From positions 8,042 to 72,041 of the forward strand of contig CASFSS010000007.1 in the NCBI GenBank assembly GCA_949297445.1: a stretch of 64,000 bases of DNA, written 5' to 3'. The notes under the pieces are model-generated. The model was not told the origin of the DNA, ran no database searches, and saw only the letters and a program-made list of their open reading frames with translations. Shown here piece after piece: positions 19,528-28,816 of the stretch (position 1 is the first letter of the stretch; each line of letters begins with the position of its first letter). This DNA comes from an uncultured bacterium. GTDB taxonomy: Bacteria > Bacillota_I > Bacilli_A > RFN20 > CAG-826. The position numbers and the translations under genes are program-made.

Positions 19528-19797
19528 ATGAATAGAACAGATTTAGTTTTACACATTGCCGAACGCCTTGAACTCACTAAAGCAGAAGTTGAAGAAGTGG
19601 TCGATGCTATGCTAGATGGTGTAGCCCACGCTTTACAAAACGGCGAAGAAGTAAAATTAACCGGCTTTGGAAATTTCAAAGTCAAAGAAAGAGCGGCCCG
19701 TCAAGGAACCAATCCTTCCGATGGTAGCCACATCACGATTCCGGCGAGCAAAACTATCAGTTTTAAACCCGCTAAGCATTTAAAAGACTCGCTTTAA
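19528..19797 (+). CDS. hup: DNA-binding protein HU
   Basis: 89 aa with GFGNFKV...R..RNP-like arm; strong RBS AGGAGG. Confidence 0.93.
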   Translation: MNRTDLVLHIAERLELTKAEVEEVVDAMLDGVAHALQNGEEVKLTGFGNFKVKERAARQGTNPSDGSHITIPASKTISFKPAKHLKDSL

Positions 19798-19840
19798 TTT
19801 TCGAAAATAGAATACTCGTTATGAGTAGTTTTATTATTGA

Positions 19841-19864
19841 GGTGTGTTAATCACACCTTTTTTG
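19841..19864 (+). terminator. Rho-independent terminator after hup
   Basis: ggtgtgttaatcacacc hairpin followed by a T-run. Confidence 0.6.
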
Positions 19865-19913
19865 ATAGCCAACTATAATTTTTAACCAAAAATATAGTAA
19901 AATAATATCGAAT

Positions 19914-20525
19914 ATGGAAAATATATTATATTTTGACTTACTGAAAGAAATATTTAATAAAAATGGTTTTCGTCTTTATGTAATTGGTGGGACCTCGCGC
20001 GATTATCTTCTCGGCGTTAAGATAACCGATTATGATTTTGTTAGCGATGCAACGCCTCTTGAAATGGCTGCATTTTTAGAAAATGTCGATGACACGTTTG
20101 CTAAATATGGAACAATTCGTCTAAAAATTGATGGAACAAAAATTGATATTTCCACCCTTCGCGAGGAAGGCGAATATTTTGATAGTCGCCATCCATCTTA
20201 TATAAAATTTGTAAAAAATTTAATAGAGGATGTTTATCGACGCGATTTTACCATCAACGCAATCTACATTGATGAAAATTATTCGATACATGATTTTGTC
20301 GGTGGAGTGGACGATTTGCACAATCATATACTTCGATTTATTGGTGATCCAAAAAAAAGAGTAGAAGAAGATCCTTTAAGAATTTTACGAGGTGAGCGAT
20401 TCGCTAAAAAATACAATTTAACGATTGAAGAAAATACTTTGTTAGCTTTCAAAGAATGTCGTTACCTTTTAGATAAATTAAATCCCGAAAAGATTAAAGA
20501 AGAGTTAAGAAAGGCAAAAAAATAA
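19914..20525 (+). CDS. Poly(A) polymerase / CCA-adding enzyme family nucleotidyltransferase, head and neck domains only (203 aa)
   Basis: GGTSRDYLLG (GGxxRD), catalytic carboxylates (ITDYDF), RRDFTINAIY and neck PLRILRGERFAKKYNL. The ORF stops about 200 aa short of the body and tail domains of full-length CCA enzymes. Confidence 0.7.
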   Translation: MENILYFDLLKEIFNKNGFRLYVIGGTSRDYLLGVKITDYDFVSDATPLEMAAFLENVDDTFAKYGTIRLKIDGTKIDISTLREEGEYFDSRHPSYIKFVKNLIEDVYRRDFTINAIYIDENYSIHDFVGGVDDLHNHILRFIGDPKKRVEEDPLRILRGERFAKKYNLTIEENTLLAFKECRYLLDKLNPEKIKEELRKAKK

Positions 20526-20550
20526 TTTTTTGTGTTATCATAATTAGGCT

Positions 20551-21204
20551 ATGAAAGTTGTGCAAATGGAAGCTCTCGACTTCCGCTATCTCCTATTAGA
20601 ATATTACAAGAAACTTCATCTGAAGGAAGATGAGGTTATGGTCATTTTTATGATTGATCATCTTTTGGGTCAAAAAAATAAGCTTATTACCGCTGATTTA
20701 TTGTCAATAAAGATGAATTTAAAGATTGAAGATATCGATAAAATTTTAGTGCGCCTATTAGAAAAAAATATTATTGAATATAGTCAAACAAAGGTAATGA
20801 AAACTTCTTTAAAACCATTGAGAGAAAAAGTATATAGCTGTTTCGAAGAAGCCATGAAAAAAGAGCAAGAGACAACGAGCGATAAAAATAAAGCGGCCTT
20901 TTTGCAAAATATTTATCAAGTTTTTGAAAAAGAATTTCAACGGAGTTTATCCCCGGTAGAATTTTCTATGATTCAAGAATGGATTAATGATAATTTTACC
21001 GACGAGCAAATTCTTTCTGCCTTAAAAGAACTTAAGGCCAAAGGGCGAAAGCCGACTTTAAAGGCCATTGACAAAATTTTATTGTCTTACCGCGCAAGGG
21101 AAGATATCGATAAGACGGGTTATAGCGCAATCGGCGATGATTGGGACAAAGATATCGAACAGACTATTGCCATCGCAAAGGCAAAATGGGTTGATGATGA
21201 TTGA
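20551..21204 (+). CDS. dnaD: DnaD-domain replication initiation / membrane attachment protein
   Basis: C-terminal DnaD-like domain (EFSMIQEWINDNFTDEQILSALKE); immediately upstream of nth, as for dnaD-nth in B. subtilis. Confidence 0.65.
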   Translation: MKVVQMEALDFRYLLLEYYKKLHLKEDEVMVIFMIDHLLGQKNKLITADLLSIKMNLKIEDIDKILVRLLEKNIIEYSQTKVMKTSLKPLREKVYSCFEEAMKKEQETTSDKNKAAFLQNIYQVFEKEFQRSLSPVEFSMIQEWINDNFTDEQILSALKELKAKGRKPTLKAIDKILLSYRAREDIDKTGYSAIGDDWDKDIEQTIAIAKAKWVDDD

Positions 21205-21820
21205 TTTAAAGATTGCCTTAAATTATTTAAACGAACTTTTTCCTGCCGCTAAGTGTGCCCTTAATTATAAAAAAGACTACGAATTATTAATTGCGACCAT
21301 GTTAAGTGCGCAGGTGAGTGACAAAGCTGTCAATAAAGTGACGGCGGTTCTTTTTGATAAGTACCTAACATTGGAAGAACTATCAAAAGCAACCTACGAC
21401 GATATATATTCCATTATTCGTCCTTTGGGGCTAGCAAAAAATAAAACCCAGCATGTTATAAATATTTCGCGCGAATTATTGCTTCATAATGATGGCAGGG
21501 TACCAAATGATGCCGCCTTGTTAACAAAGTTAAGTGGCGTTGGTAATAAAACAAAAAATGTTGTTTTGGCCGAACTATATCACGAACCTTTATTGGCGGT
21601 TGATACGCACGTCTATCGAATTGCAAAACGCTGGGGTGTCATTCAAAAAAATGATAGCGTCAAACAAACCGAGAAAAAATTTGTGCGCCTATTGCCACAA
21701 GATAAGATAAATTTAATCAATCACCAATTAATTGAATTTGGCAGGAACATATGTGTTGCGCCAAAACCTAAATGTCAATCGTGTAAATTAAATGGTATTT
21801 GTCCTAAGAAATGCCTATAG
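21194..21820 (+). CDS. nth: Endonuclease III (DNA glycosylase / AP lyase)
   Basis: HhH-GPD fold and C-terminal 4Fe-4S loop CQSCKLNGICPKKC. Start set at MMIDLK, overlapping the dnaD stop; the track's N-terminal extension rejected. Confidence 0.88.
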   Translation: MMIDLKIALNYLNELFPAAKCALNYKKDYELLIATMLSAQVSDKAVNKVTAVLFDKYLTLEELSKATYDDIYSIIRPLGLAKNKTQHVINISRELLLHNDGRVPNDAALLTKLSGVGNKTKNVVLAELYHEPLLAVDTHVYRIAKRWGVIQKNDSVKQTEKKFVRLLPQDKINLINHQLIEFGRNICVAPKPKCQSCKLNGICPKKCL

Positions 21821-21822
21821 CT

Positions 21823-22404
21823 TTATTTAAAATAATATTCATCGACTGCTTTTAAATAGTCGAGTGGTGGTTGGTATTTTCTTTCAATCAAGAGGCCTTT
21901 TTCTTTTATTGTCGAATAAGGTATCGATTTTCTTTCGCCCTTATCCCAAAAATCTAATACAATAGCCGCATCAAGTAAATAGGCCTCTAAGCGGCCTTCA
22001 AATTCAATGATAAAAAAGGCGATACCACCATGACGAATGACCGCTTTTAAGTGTTCGATTTGGTGCGGAGTAATGTTGGCGAGTGGAAAAGAAGTTTTTA
22101 AATAGGTCGATTTCGCTTCAAAATCAAGATATTTGCCTCGATAAATTCCGTTATAGTCCGTTGTTGATTGTTTTTCAAAATAGGCTTGAGTAATTAGTGC
22201 GCCACGGCTATAGTCAACCTTGACTACATTAATTGGTGTCGGCCGTTTTGTTATTATAGCTTTGTCAATATCTTTATAGTATTCGCAGGCTTTATTTATG
22301 CTATCCTCTAGCGACATTCCCCGATTAGCGGCGCTTTTTCTTTTAACTACGATGCGCTTTTTTTCGGTATATGTTTTATTTATTCCATTTGGATATTTTA
22401 TCAT
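21823..22404 (-). CDS. recU: Holliday junction resolvase RecU
   Basis: 193 aa of the RecU family (...ANRGMSLEDSIN..., FFIIEFEGR...). Confidence 0.88.
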   Translation of the reverse strand: MIKYPNGINKTYTEKKRIVVKRKSAANRGMSLEDSINKACEYYKDIDKAIITKRPTPINVVKVDYSRGALITQAYFEKQSTTDYNGIYRGKYLDFEAKSTYLKTSFPLANITPHQIEHLKAVIRHGGIAFFIIEFEGRLEAYLLDAAIVLDFWDKGERKSIPYSTIKEKGLLIERKYQPPLDYLKAVDEYYFK

Positions 22405-23126
22405 TTTATACTTTCCATTATGTATTTTTCATACGTTTTCGAATCAACAGTTTTATCTTTAGATAAATCTTCAATAACTTTGGCGATAGGCATGGGCAAG
22501 TGACGCATTTTAGCGAGTGTCTTTTTATATTCTTTTGCAATCAATTCGTCATTCTTTAAAACGGCATCATATAGGCTGATTAGATTTTTCGTGTCGTCTA
22601 AGGCGTCATGAACGGTACCCGAGAATTCAATGTTAAATAATTTGAGCAAATTAGTTAATGAGTAGGTGTTGTTATTTTCACTACGAATATATTGATTGAT
22701 GAATTCCGCAAAGTCAAAGTGGTTATGAATAATATGTTTGCATAACGCCACATCGGCATCGAGATTATATTGCATTGATTGTTCGATTATTCTTATATCG
22801 TGTGAGCCAAAGGTCACGAACAGGACTTTTCCAAATGCTTTACCAAGATATTCGTTAAGGCCATTCATTGCCTTGCGAAAAGAGACCCCGTCTTTTTTTA
22901 GCATTGCATCGCTGATTTTCGTCATCTCTTCAACAACTTTGCCCACGCTATTTTTTGAACGAACCAACGTGTAATAACCTTTATGAATTTTTTTGATAGA
23001 ATTATCTCTTTTTAAATCGACTAAAATTGCTCCAATTGCAATCATTTCGTGAGAAAACTGAGTGCCTTCCAAATCTAGAAAGCATAAATGGCGACGATTG
23101 TTGATAATTTTTTGTAAGGCTTTCAT
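22401..23126 (-). CDS. DnaQ-like (DEDDh) 3'-5' exonuclease, KapD family
   Basis: Exo I FLDLEGTQ and Exo III HDALDDT motifs; co-oriented with and overlapping recU. Confidence 0.75.
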   Translation of the reverse strand: MKALQKIINNRRHLCFLDLEGTQFSHEMIAIGAILVDLKRDNSIKKIHKGYYTLVRSKNSVGKVVEEMTKISDAMLKKDGVSFRKAMNGLNEYLGKAFGKVLFVTFGSHDIRIIEQSMQYNLDADVALCKHIIHNHFDFAEFINQYIRSENNNTYSLTNLLKLFNIEFSGTVHDALDDTKNLISLYDAVLKNDELIAKEYKKTLAKMRHLPMPIAKVIEDLSKDKTVDSKTYEKYIMESIK

Positions 23127-23222
23127 AAAGCGCGTTAATTATAGCACATCAAGATATTTTTCCTAATATTATTCTTTCATTAGAATTCTCGTTTTAATAT
23201 AATTAAAGACAAGGAGCGAATC

Positions 23223-23585
23223 ATGTCAGATAAAATTAATTACACATCCGAAAGTTTGCTTGATCTTGTCTTTGCAAAAAATGTTAAAGGCTACGATAGC
23301 GATCAAGTTGATACCGTCTTGGATGAAGTGATTGAAGATTATGCTTATTATGAGAAGTTCCGACGGGAGGCGACACCCTATATTGTTAAACTCGAGAAGC
23401 GCGTGACTGAATTAAAAGAACAAGTGCGCAACCTAGAAGTCGAACTCGCTAGATACAAAAATCGTCTAGAAGGTATCAAAGAAAACGCGAATGTTTCTAG
23501 TGAAAATATTGACTTGCTTAAGAGGATTACTTCTTTAGAACAAGAACTATATAGACGCGGTGTCGATCCATCTAGAATTAAGTAA
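23223..23585 (+). CDS. gpsB: Cell-cycle protein GpsB (DivIVA N-terminal domain family)
   Basis: DivIVA/GpsB N-domain (FAKNVKGYDSDQVDTVLDEVIEDY) plus a coiled coil; lies just upstream of rnpB, as in B. subtilis. Confidence 0.8.
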   Translation: MSDKINYTSESLLDLVFAKNVKGYDSDQVDTVLDEVIEDYAYYEKFRREATPYIVKLEKRVTELKEQVRNLEVELARYKNRLEGIKENANVSSENIDLLKRITSLEQELYRRGVDPSRIK

Positions 23586-23928
23586 ACTCCGGCCCAGGCG
23601 GCTGCTGGCGAGAAATCGTTAGAGGAAAGTCCATGCTCGCACAAGCTGTGATGCTTGTAGTGATTGTGCTAACGGAAAAAATAACGTTAGGTATGCGGGA
23701 GCGCATAACGGCAGGGATAGTCTAAAACTCCGGTCATGATGAAAACCTTGAAAGTGCCACAGTGACGATTTTGCTAGAAATGGCAAAGTGGAACGTTGGT
23801 AAACCCCACAAGCGAGAAACCCAAATTTGGTAGGGGAAGTCACCTATAGAAAAGAATAGATGGTGGCATGCGAATGCATAGATAAATTGTCGCCCTTTGA
23901 CAGAACATGGCTTATCGGGTCGGAACTC
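23586..23928 (+). ncRNA. rnpB: RNase P RNA, bacterial type B
   Basis: GAGGAAAGTCCATGCTCGCAC near the 5' end. ...GAAAGTGCCACAGTGACG...GGAACG.GGTAAACCCCACAAGCGAGAAACCCAAATTTGGTAGGGGAA... is near-identical to the B. subtilis rnpB core. 3' ...ACAGAACATGGCTTA.... End coordinates approximate. Confidence 0.88.
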
Positions 23929-23938
23929 GAGGAAAAAT

Positions 23939-24583
23939 ATGAATCTACCAACAAAAATTACTGTATCGCGAATTGTAATGATTGTCTTAATGATAATCGC
24001 TATTTTTGTCGTTTCTTTGATTCCTGACCTTGTTATTCCTAATATTGGAAATAGCAATGTTAACTGGTTTTATTTTGCGGTGGCTATCGTCTTTATCGTC
24101 GGCTCTTTTAGCGATTTTTTGGATGGCTATTTAGCACGCAAAATGAATTTAGTTACCGATTTAGGCAAATTTTTAGATCCAATTGCCGATAAATTGCTCG
24201 TCAATTCTATCTTGATTTTTTTAGTCATTGAGCCGTCATTTGCTCCTGATCAACAAGTTTTACCACAATTATTCATTTTGGTAATTTTAATGATTGCTCG
24301 CGACTTAATCGTCGATGCGTTGCGTTTGATGGCCGTAAAGAAAAATGTCGTCATTGCCGCCAATATTTTTGGCAAAGCCAAAACGGTGGCCCAAATGATT
24401 GCAATACCTTTTTTGCTTTTAAACGACTGGCCGTTTTCATATTTTGATAGTAGTTGGCCAGAGGCTTTACACATTTCAAATATTTTGATGTATATCGCTA
24501 CAATTCTATCACTCATTAGTGGAATAATTTATGTGGTACAAAATGCCCATGTATTAAAAGAAGGAGAGAAAAACAATGGATAG
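23939..24583 (+). CDS. pgsA: CDP-diacylglycerol--glycerol-3-phosphate 3-phosphatidyltransferase
   Basis: CDP-alcohol phosphatidyltransferase motif DxxDGxxAR...G...D...DK (DFLDGYLARK...DPIADK). Start moved to ATG 23939 with GAGGAAAAA RBS; the track start lies inside rnpB. Confidence 0.9.
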   Translation: MNLPTKITVSRIVMIVLMIIAIFVVSLIPDLVIPNIGNSNVNWFYFAVAIVFIVGSFSDFLDGYLARKMNLVTDLGKFLDPIADKLLVNSILIFLVIEPSFAPDQQVLPQLFILVILMIARDLIVDALRLMAVKKNVVIAANIFGKAKTVAQMIAIPFLLLNDWPFSYFDSSWPEALHISNILMYIATILSLISGIIYVVQNAHVLKEGEKNNG

Positions 24584-25061
24584 TTTGAAGACAGCAGCTG
24601 ATTTAGTAGCCCTCTTAAAGGAGAAAAAGGCAACGGTTGGTTCAATTGAATCAATGACTGGTGGACTTATTGCCGCGACCATCACATCAGTTAGTGGCGC
24701 TAGTGAGGTATTTAAAGGATCCATTGTCTCTTATTCCCCTGATGTCAAAATTAATATCGTGGGAGTTAAAGAAGAAACGATTGCCAAATATGGTGTTGTA
24801 TCATATGAGGTCGCTAGTGAAATGGCCAATTATGGTCGCAAATTGCTTGATGTCGATTATTGTGTTTCAATCACCGGTAATGCTGGTCCCACTCAAGAGG
24901 AGGACAATAAAGGTGTTGGAACCGTTTTTGTTTCATTGGTTAGCAAAAATTATGTATGGGGATTACCATTAGCCCTTAAGGGGGACCGACAGACAATTCG
25001 CGAAGATGCTACGCGAGTAGTCATTGATTTTATTTATAAAGCGGTGGAATCAATTAAATAA
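24576..25061 (+). CDS. cinA: CinA C-terminal-domain protein (nicotinamide-nucleotide amidohydrolase PncC-like)
   Basis: ESMTGGLIAATITSVSGASEVFKGSIVSYS motif; pgsA-cinA-recA synteny. Confidence 0.8.
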   Translation: MDSLKTAADLVALLKEKKATVGSIESMTGGLIAATITSVSGASEVFKGSIVSYSPDVKINIVGVKEETIAKYGVVSYEVASEMANYGRKLLDVDYCVSITGNAGPTQEEDNKGVGTVFVSLVSKNYVWGLPLALKGDRQTIREDATRVVIDFIYKAVESIK

Positions 25062-25110
25062 TTGACACAAGCATTGAAATATTTATTACAAATATTATAG
25101 AGGCAAAAAG

Positions 25111-26100
25111 ATGAACAATAATAAAATGGATAAAGAACGAATTGACGCTTTGAATGAGGCGTTAAAAAATATTGAAAAAACTTTCGGTAAGGGTTCGGTA
25201 ATGAAACTAGGCGAACGCCCTTATGTCGATGTCGATGTCATACCTAGTGGCTCGTTATTAATCGATAAAATCCTCGGTGTGGGTGGATATCCTAAAGGTC
25301 GAATTATCGAAATATATGGTCCTGAAAGTAGCGGTAAAACAACCTTGGCTCTTCACGCGATAGCCGAATGTCAAAAAAAAGGTGGGCGAGCAGCGTTTGT
25401 CGATGCCGAACATTCGATTGACCCACTTTACGCTAAAAATTTAGGCGTCGATATCGATGAACTAATTTTGTCGCAACCTGATAGCGGCGAGCAAGCGCTA
25501 GAAATAGTTGAAATGTTAGCTAGCTCTGGCGCCATTGATATTATCGTTGTCGATAGCGTGGCGGCCCTAGTGCCGCAAGCTGAACTTGACGGAGTGATGG
25601 CCGACAATCAAGTTGGTTTACAAGCAAGATTAATGTCGAAAGCCATGCGCAAGTTAGCGGCCATTTTAAATAACAATGAGTGCTCAGTTATTTTCATCAA
25701 TCAATTGCGGGAAAAAGTCGGTGTCATTTATGGCAATCCGGAAACAACTTCCGGTGGCAGAGCGTTAAAATTCTACGCTTCTGTTCGCATTGATATTCGC
25801 CGTTCTGAAGCGATTAAAGAAGGTGCGAATATCGTTGGTAATACCGTGACAGTTAAAGTTGTCAAAAATAAAGTCGCCCCGCCTTTTCAATCGTGTCATG
25901 TCGATATAATTTACGGTAAAGGCATTTCTAAGTTGGCCGAAGTTTTAGATATTGCTACCGATATGGGTCTAATCAAAAAGAGTGGCTCTTGGTATGAATA
26001 TGAAGGTAATCGAATCGGCCAAGGTCGCGAAAAAGCGAAAGAATTTTTAGAAAGCCACCCTGAAATTGTCGACCTTTTAATAGCCAAAATTAAGGAATAA
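25111..26100 (+). CDS. recA: Recombinase RecA
   Basis: Walker [10 protein letters not shown] and the L1/L2 loops; 329 aa, unmistakable. Confidence 0.97.
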   Translation: MNNNKMDKERIDALNEALKNIEKTFGKGSVMKLGERPYVDVDVIPSGSLLIDKILGVGGYPKGRIIEIYGPESSGKTTLALHAIAECQKKGGRAAFVDAEHSIDPLYAKNLGVDIDELILSQPDSGEQALEIVEMLASSGAIDIIVVDSVAALVPQAELDGVMADNQVGLQARLMSKAMRKLAAILNNNECSVIFINQLREKVGVIYGNPETTSGGRALKFYASVRIDIRRSEAIKEGANIVGNTVTVKVVKNKVAPPFQSCHVDIIYGKGISKLAEVLDIATDMGLIKKSGSWYEYEGNRIGQGREKAKEFLESHPEIVDLLIAKIKE

Positions 26101-26117
26101 TTCATAATTAAAATAAT

Positions 26118-26143
26118 AAAGCGACTTTTTGTCGCTTTTTTTA
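26118..26143 (+). terminator. Rho-independent terminator after recA
   Basis: aaagcgac-ttttt-gtcgcttt hairpin followed by a T-run. Confidence 0.7.
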
Positions 26144-26440
26144 TGCATAGTTTTGGAAAGTGCTGAAAAAAATTAGAGTATGCAAACAAATTTCCATTTG
26201 TTACAATGAATATGTATCATTGTTGATACTTTATTACCGTATAGATTCATTCTAATCATTCGGATTGAGATATTAATCTCTTGTATAGAAATATTTTGTT
26301 CTTTTTGGTAATAAAACTCTTCTTTCATTATCTTTGAAAAACGAAGAAAGCGTCCGATTCAGTTGTCATCCATTTTCTAGTGCAATCGCTCGCTATTAGT
26401 AATGCGCATAAAAATGGATGTTTATATAGGAGGATAAAAA

Positions 26441-28027
26441 ATGTCATACATCAGTATGGTGAATACCTTTGAATGGTATCATTATGTCTTGCTGGTTGTC
26501 GCTTTATTAATTGGTTTTGCCATTGGTGTTTTGCTCCTTTTCATCGTTCCTTTTTTCAAGACAAAAAAGGCCAAAAAGGAAGCCGAGAAAATTATTAAAA
26601 ACGCTGAAGTAAAGGCAGAACAAATCAAAAAGAGTGCCCAAATAGACGCTAAACAAACAGTTTATGAATTAAAACAAGAAGCCGAAAAAGATATTCGTGA
26701 ACGCAAACAAGAATATCAACAATTAGAAAATAAGTTAGCGCAGCGAGAAGCAAATATTGATCGCCGCGATTCGGCTTTGTTACAAAAAGAAAATGTTTTA
26801 GAAGAAAAAAATGAAACATTGACAAGACGCTTAAAAGAGTGCGACCGCAAAGAGGCTAATTTACAACAAAAAATTGATTCTATTATCGTTGAATTAGAAA
26901 AGGTCGCCCAACTTTCTGTCAATGAAGCTCGCGATGTAATTTTTGAACGAGTAGAAAATAAGATGTCGCAAGAAATTGCCGCATATATTAAAAATAAAGA
27001 AGATGAGGCTAAGACGACGGCTGTCGACAAAGCAAACGAAATTATTTCCTTAGCTATCAATCGTTTTTCGCAAGATGCCGTTACGGAAAAAACCGTCTCT
27101 GTCGTCGCTTTGCCTAACGACGAAATGAAAGGTAGAATCATTGGTCGTGAAGGCCGAAACATTCGCTCATTGGAGCAACTTCTTGGCGTCGATTTAATTA
27201 TTGATGATACGCCGGAAGTTATCACGGTATCGTGCTTTAATCCAATAAGAAGAGAAATTGCTCGTCAATCTTTGGAAATTTTAATAAAAGATGGACGCAT
27301 TCAGCCGGGTAGAATCGAAGAAGTTGTTAGCAAAGTACAAAACGATATCGATGCAATTATTCGCAAAGCCGGCGAAGAAGCTGCTTTTAAACTAGGATTG
27401 ACTAAAATAAATAAAGATTTACTTTATTATGTCGGTCGTTTGAAATATCGAACGAGTTATGGACAAAATGCTTATGATCACTCGATGGAAGTCGCTTATT
27501 TAGCAGGTATTATGGCCGCCGAACTTGGTCTTGACCAAAATCTTGCCAAACGTGCTGGCTTATTCCACGATATCGGTAAAGCGGTTGATTTTGAACAAGA
27601 AGGTTCTCATGTGGAACTTGGAGCGCGCCTTGCCAAAAAATATGGCGAGCCAGAAGTGGTTGTTAATGCCATTGAATCGCACCACGGCGACACCGAGGCG
27701 AAATTTATTATTTCAAATTTAGTGATGGCTGCCGATACATTGAGTGCCGCTCGTCCTGGTGCCCGCAGTGAAATATTAGAAAATTACATTAAACGAATTG
27801 AGAAGCTTGAAGAGATTTGTAATTCTTACGAAGGCGTTTATCAATCTTATGCAATTCAATCTGGCCGCGAAGTTCGCGTTATGGTTTTGCCGGATAAAAT
27901 CGACGATTTAGCCGCCTTTAAACTCGCTAGAGACATTCGCGAACGAATTGAAGCTGAAATGACTTATCCAGGACAAATTAAAGTCTCAGTCATTCGCGAA
28001 TACCGCGCAATAGAAACAGCCAAGTAG
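26441..28027 (+). CDS. rny: Ribonuclease Y
   Basis: N-terminal TM, coiled coil, KH domain ([12 protein letters not shown]) and HD domain (HDIGK...H...D). Confidence 0.93.
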   Translation: MSYISMVNTFEWYHYVLLVVALLIGFAIGVLLLFIVPFFKTKKAKKEAEKIIKNAEVKAEQIKKSAQIDAKQTVYELKQEAEKDIRERKQEYQQLENKLAQREANIDRRDSALLQKENVLEEKNETLTRRLKECDRKEANLQQKIDSIIVELEKVAQLSVNEARDVIFERVENKMSQEIAAYIKNKEDEAKTTAVDKANEIISLAINRFSQDAVTEKTVSVVALPNDEMKGRIIGREGRNIRSLEQLLGVDLIIDDTPEVITVSCFNPIRREIARQSLEILIKDGRIQPGRIEEVVSKVQNDIDAIIRKAGEEAAFKLGLTKINKDLLYYVGRLKYRTSYGQNAYDHSMEVAYLAGIMAAELGLDQNLAKRAGLFHDIGKAVDFEQEGSHVELGARLAKKYGEPEVVVNAIESHHGDTEAKFIISNLVMAADTLSAARPGARSEILENYIKRIEKLEEICNSYEGVYQSYAIQSGREVRVMVLPDKIDDLAAFKLARDIRERIEAEMTYPGQIKVSVIREYRAIETAK

Positions 28028-28816
28028 ATGATTAATATTCTATTTTTTGGTGATATCGTCGGCAAACTTGGCCGCGAAATGATAAAGAAATATTTGCCTG
28101 ATTTAAAAAAACAATATCAGGTTGATTTGGTTATTGTTAACGGGGAAAACGCCACGCACGGAAAAGGCTTAATCGAAAAGCATTATCACGAATTATTATC
28201 CTATGGCGTCGATGTGATTACTTTGGGCAATCACTATAATTCTAAAATTGATATTTATCATTTTATCGACGCGGCTGATCGACTAGTAAAGCCATTGAAT
28301 TTGTTGGATACAATCGGTGGAAAAATTGCGTTTTTTCAAGAAGTTAAAGGGATTAAAATCGGCGTCTTAAATGTTCTTGGAACAGTCTTCATGAAAAACG
28401 AAGTTAAAAATCCTTATTTAGCAACCAAAGAGATTGTTGATGCCAATTCAGACGCTCTTATCGTCGTCGATTTTCACGCCGAAGCCACGAGCGAAAAAAT
28501 TTGTTTTGGTTATGTTTTCGATGGTAAGGTAGCGGCCGTGATTGGTACTCATACGCATGTGCAAACTAATGACGCAAAAATATTAAAGGAAGGAACAGCA
28601 TTTATTAGTGATGTGGGGATGTGTGGTGCTGCCAATGGCGTGTTGGGTTTTGAAAGAAATTCGGTCGTCCAAAAGACCATTTTTGGCAATACAAGCCGTT
28701 TTCTATTAGATGAAAATGACAATGGCCAAATTAATGCCTGCATAATTCAAATTGATGAAATTAAGCGTCGCGCGGTAAATATTGTTCCTATTAAAATTAT
28801 CGATGAGAGAAAATAA
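28028..28816 (+). CDS. ymdB: 2',3'-cyclic-nucleotide 2'-phosphodiesterase YmdB (metallophosphoesterase, TIGR00282-like)
   Basis: MINILFFGDIVGKLGRE...VNGENATHGKG... calcineurin-like motifs; rny-ymdB synteny. Confidence 0.88.
   Translation: MINILFFGDIVGKLGREMIKKYLPDLKKQYQVDLVIVNGENATHGKGLIEKHYHELLSYGVDVITLGNHYNSKIDIYHFIDAADRLVKPLNLLDTIGGKIAFFQEVKGIKIGVLNVLGTVFMKNEVKNPYLATKEIVDANSDALIVVDFHAEATSEKICFGYVFDGKVAAVIGTHTHVQTNDAKILKEGTAFISDVGMCGAANGVLGFERNSVVQKTIFGNTSRFLLDENDNGQINACIIQIDEIKRRAVNIVPIKIIDERK

Noticed and set aside
23378-24057. Three minus-strand track ORFs (23378..23644, 23619..23843, 23734..24057)
   Set aside because: They lie antisense across the RNase P RNA gene and the start of pgsA, have no RBS and low-complexity translations, and read as spurious frames through a structured RNA.
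24250-24516. Many short antisense or alternate-frame track ORFs inside larger genes (for example 2266..2535, 3692..3904, 10703..11062, 24250..24516, 26716..27225, 33041..33409, 56145..56492)
   Set aside because: They sit fully inside well-supported genes on the other strand or frame and have compositionally odd translations. They are treated as non-coding shadows.
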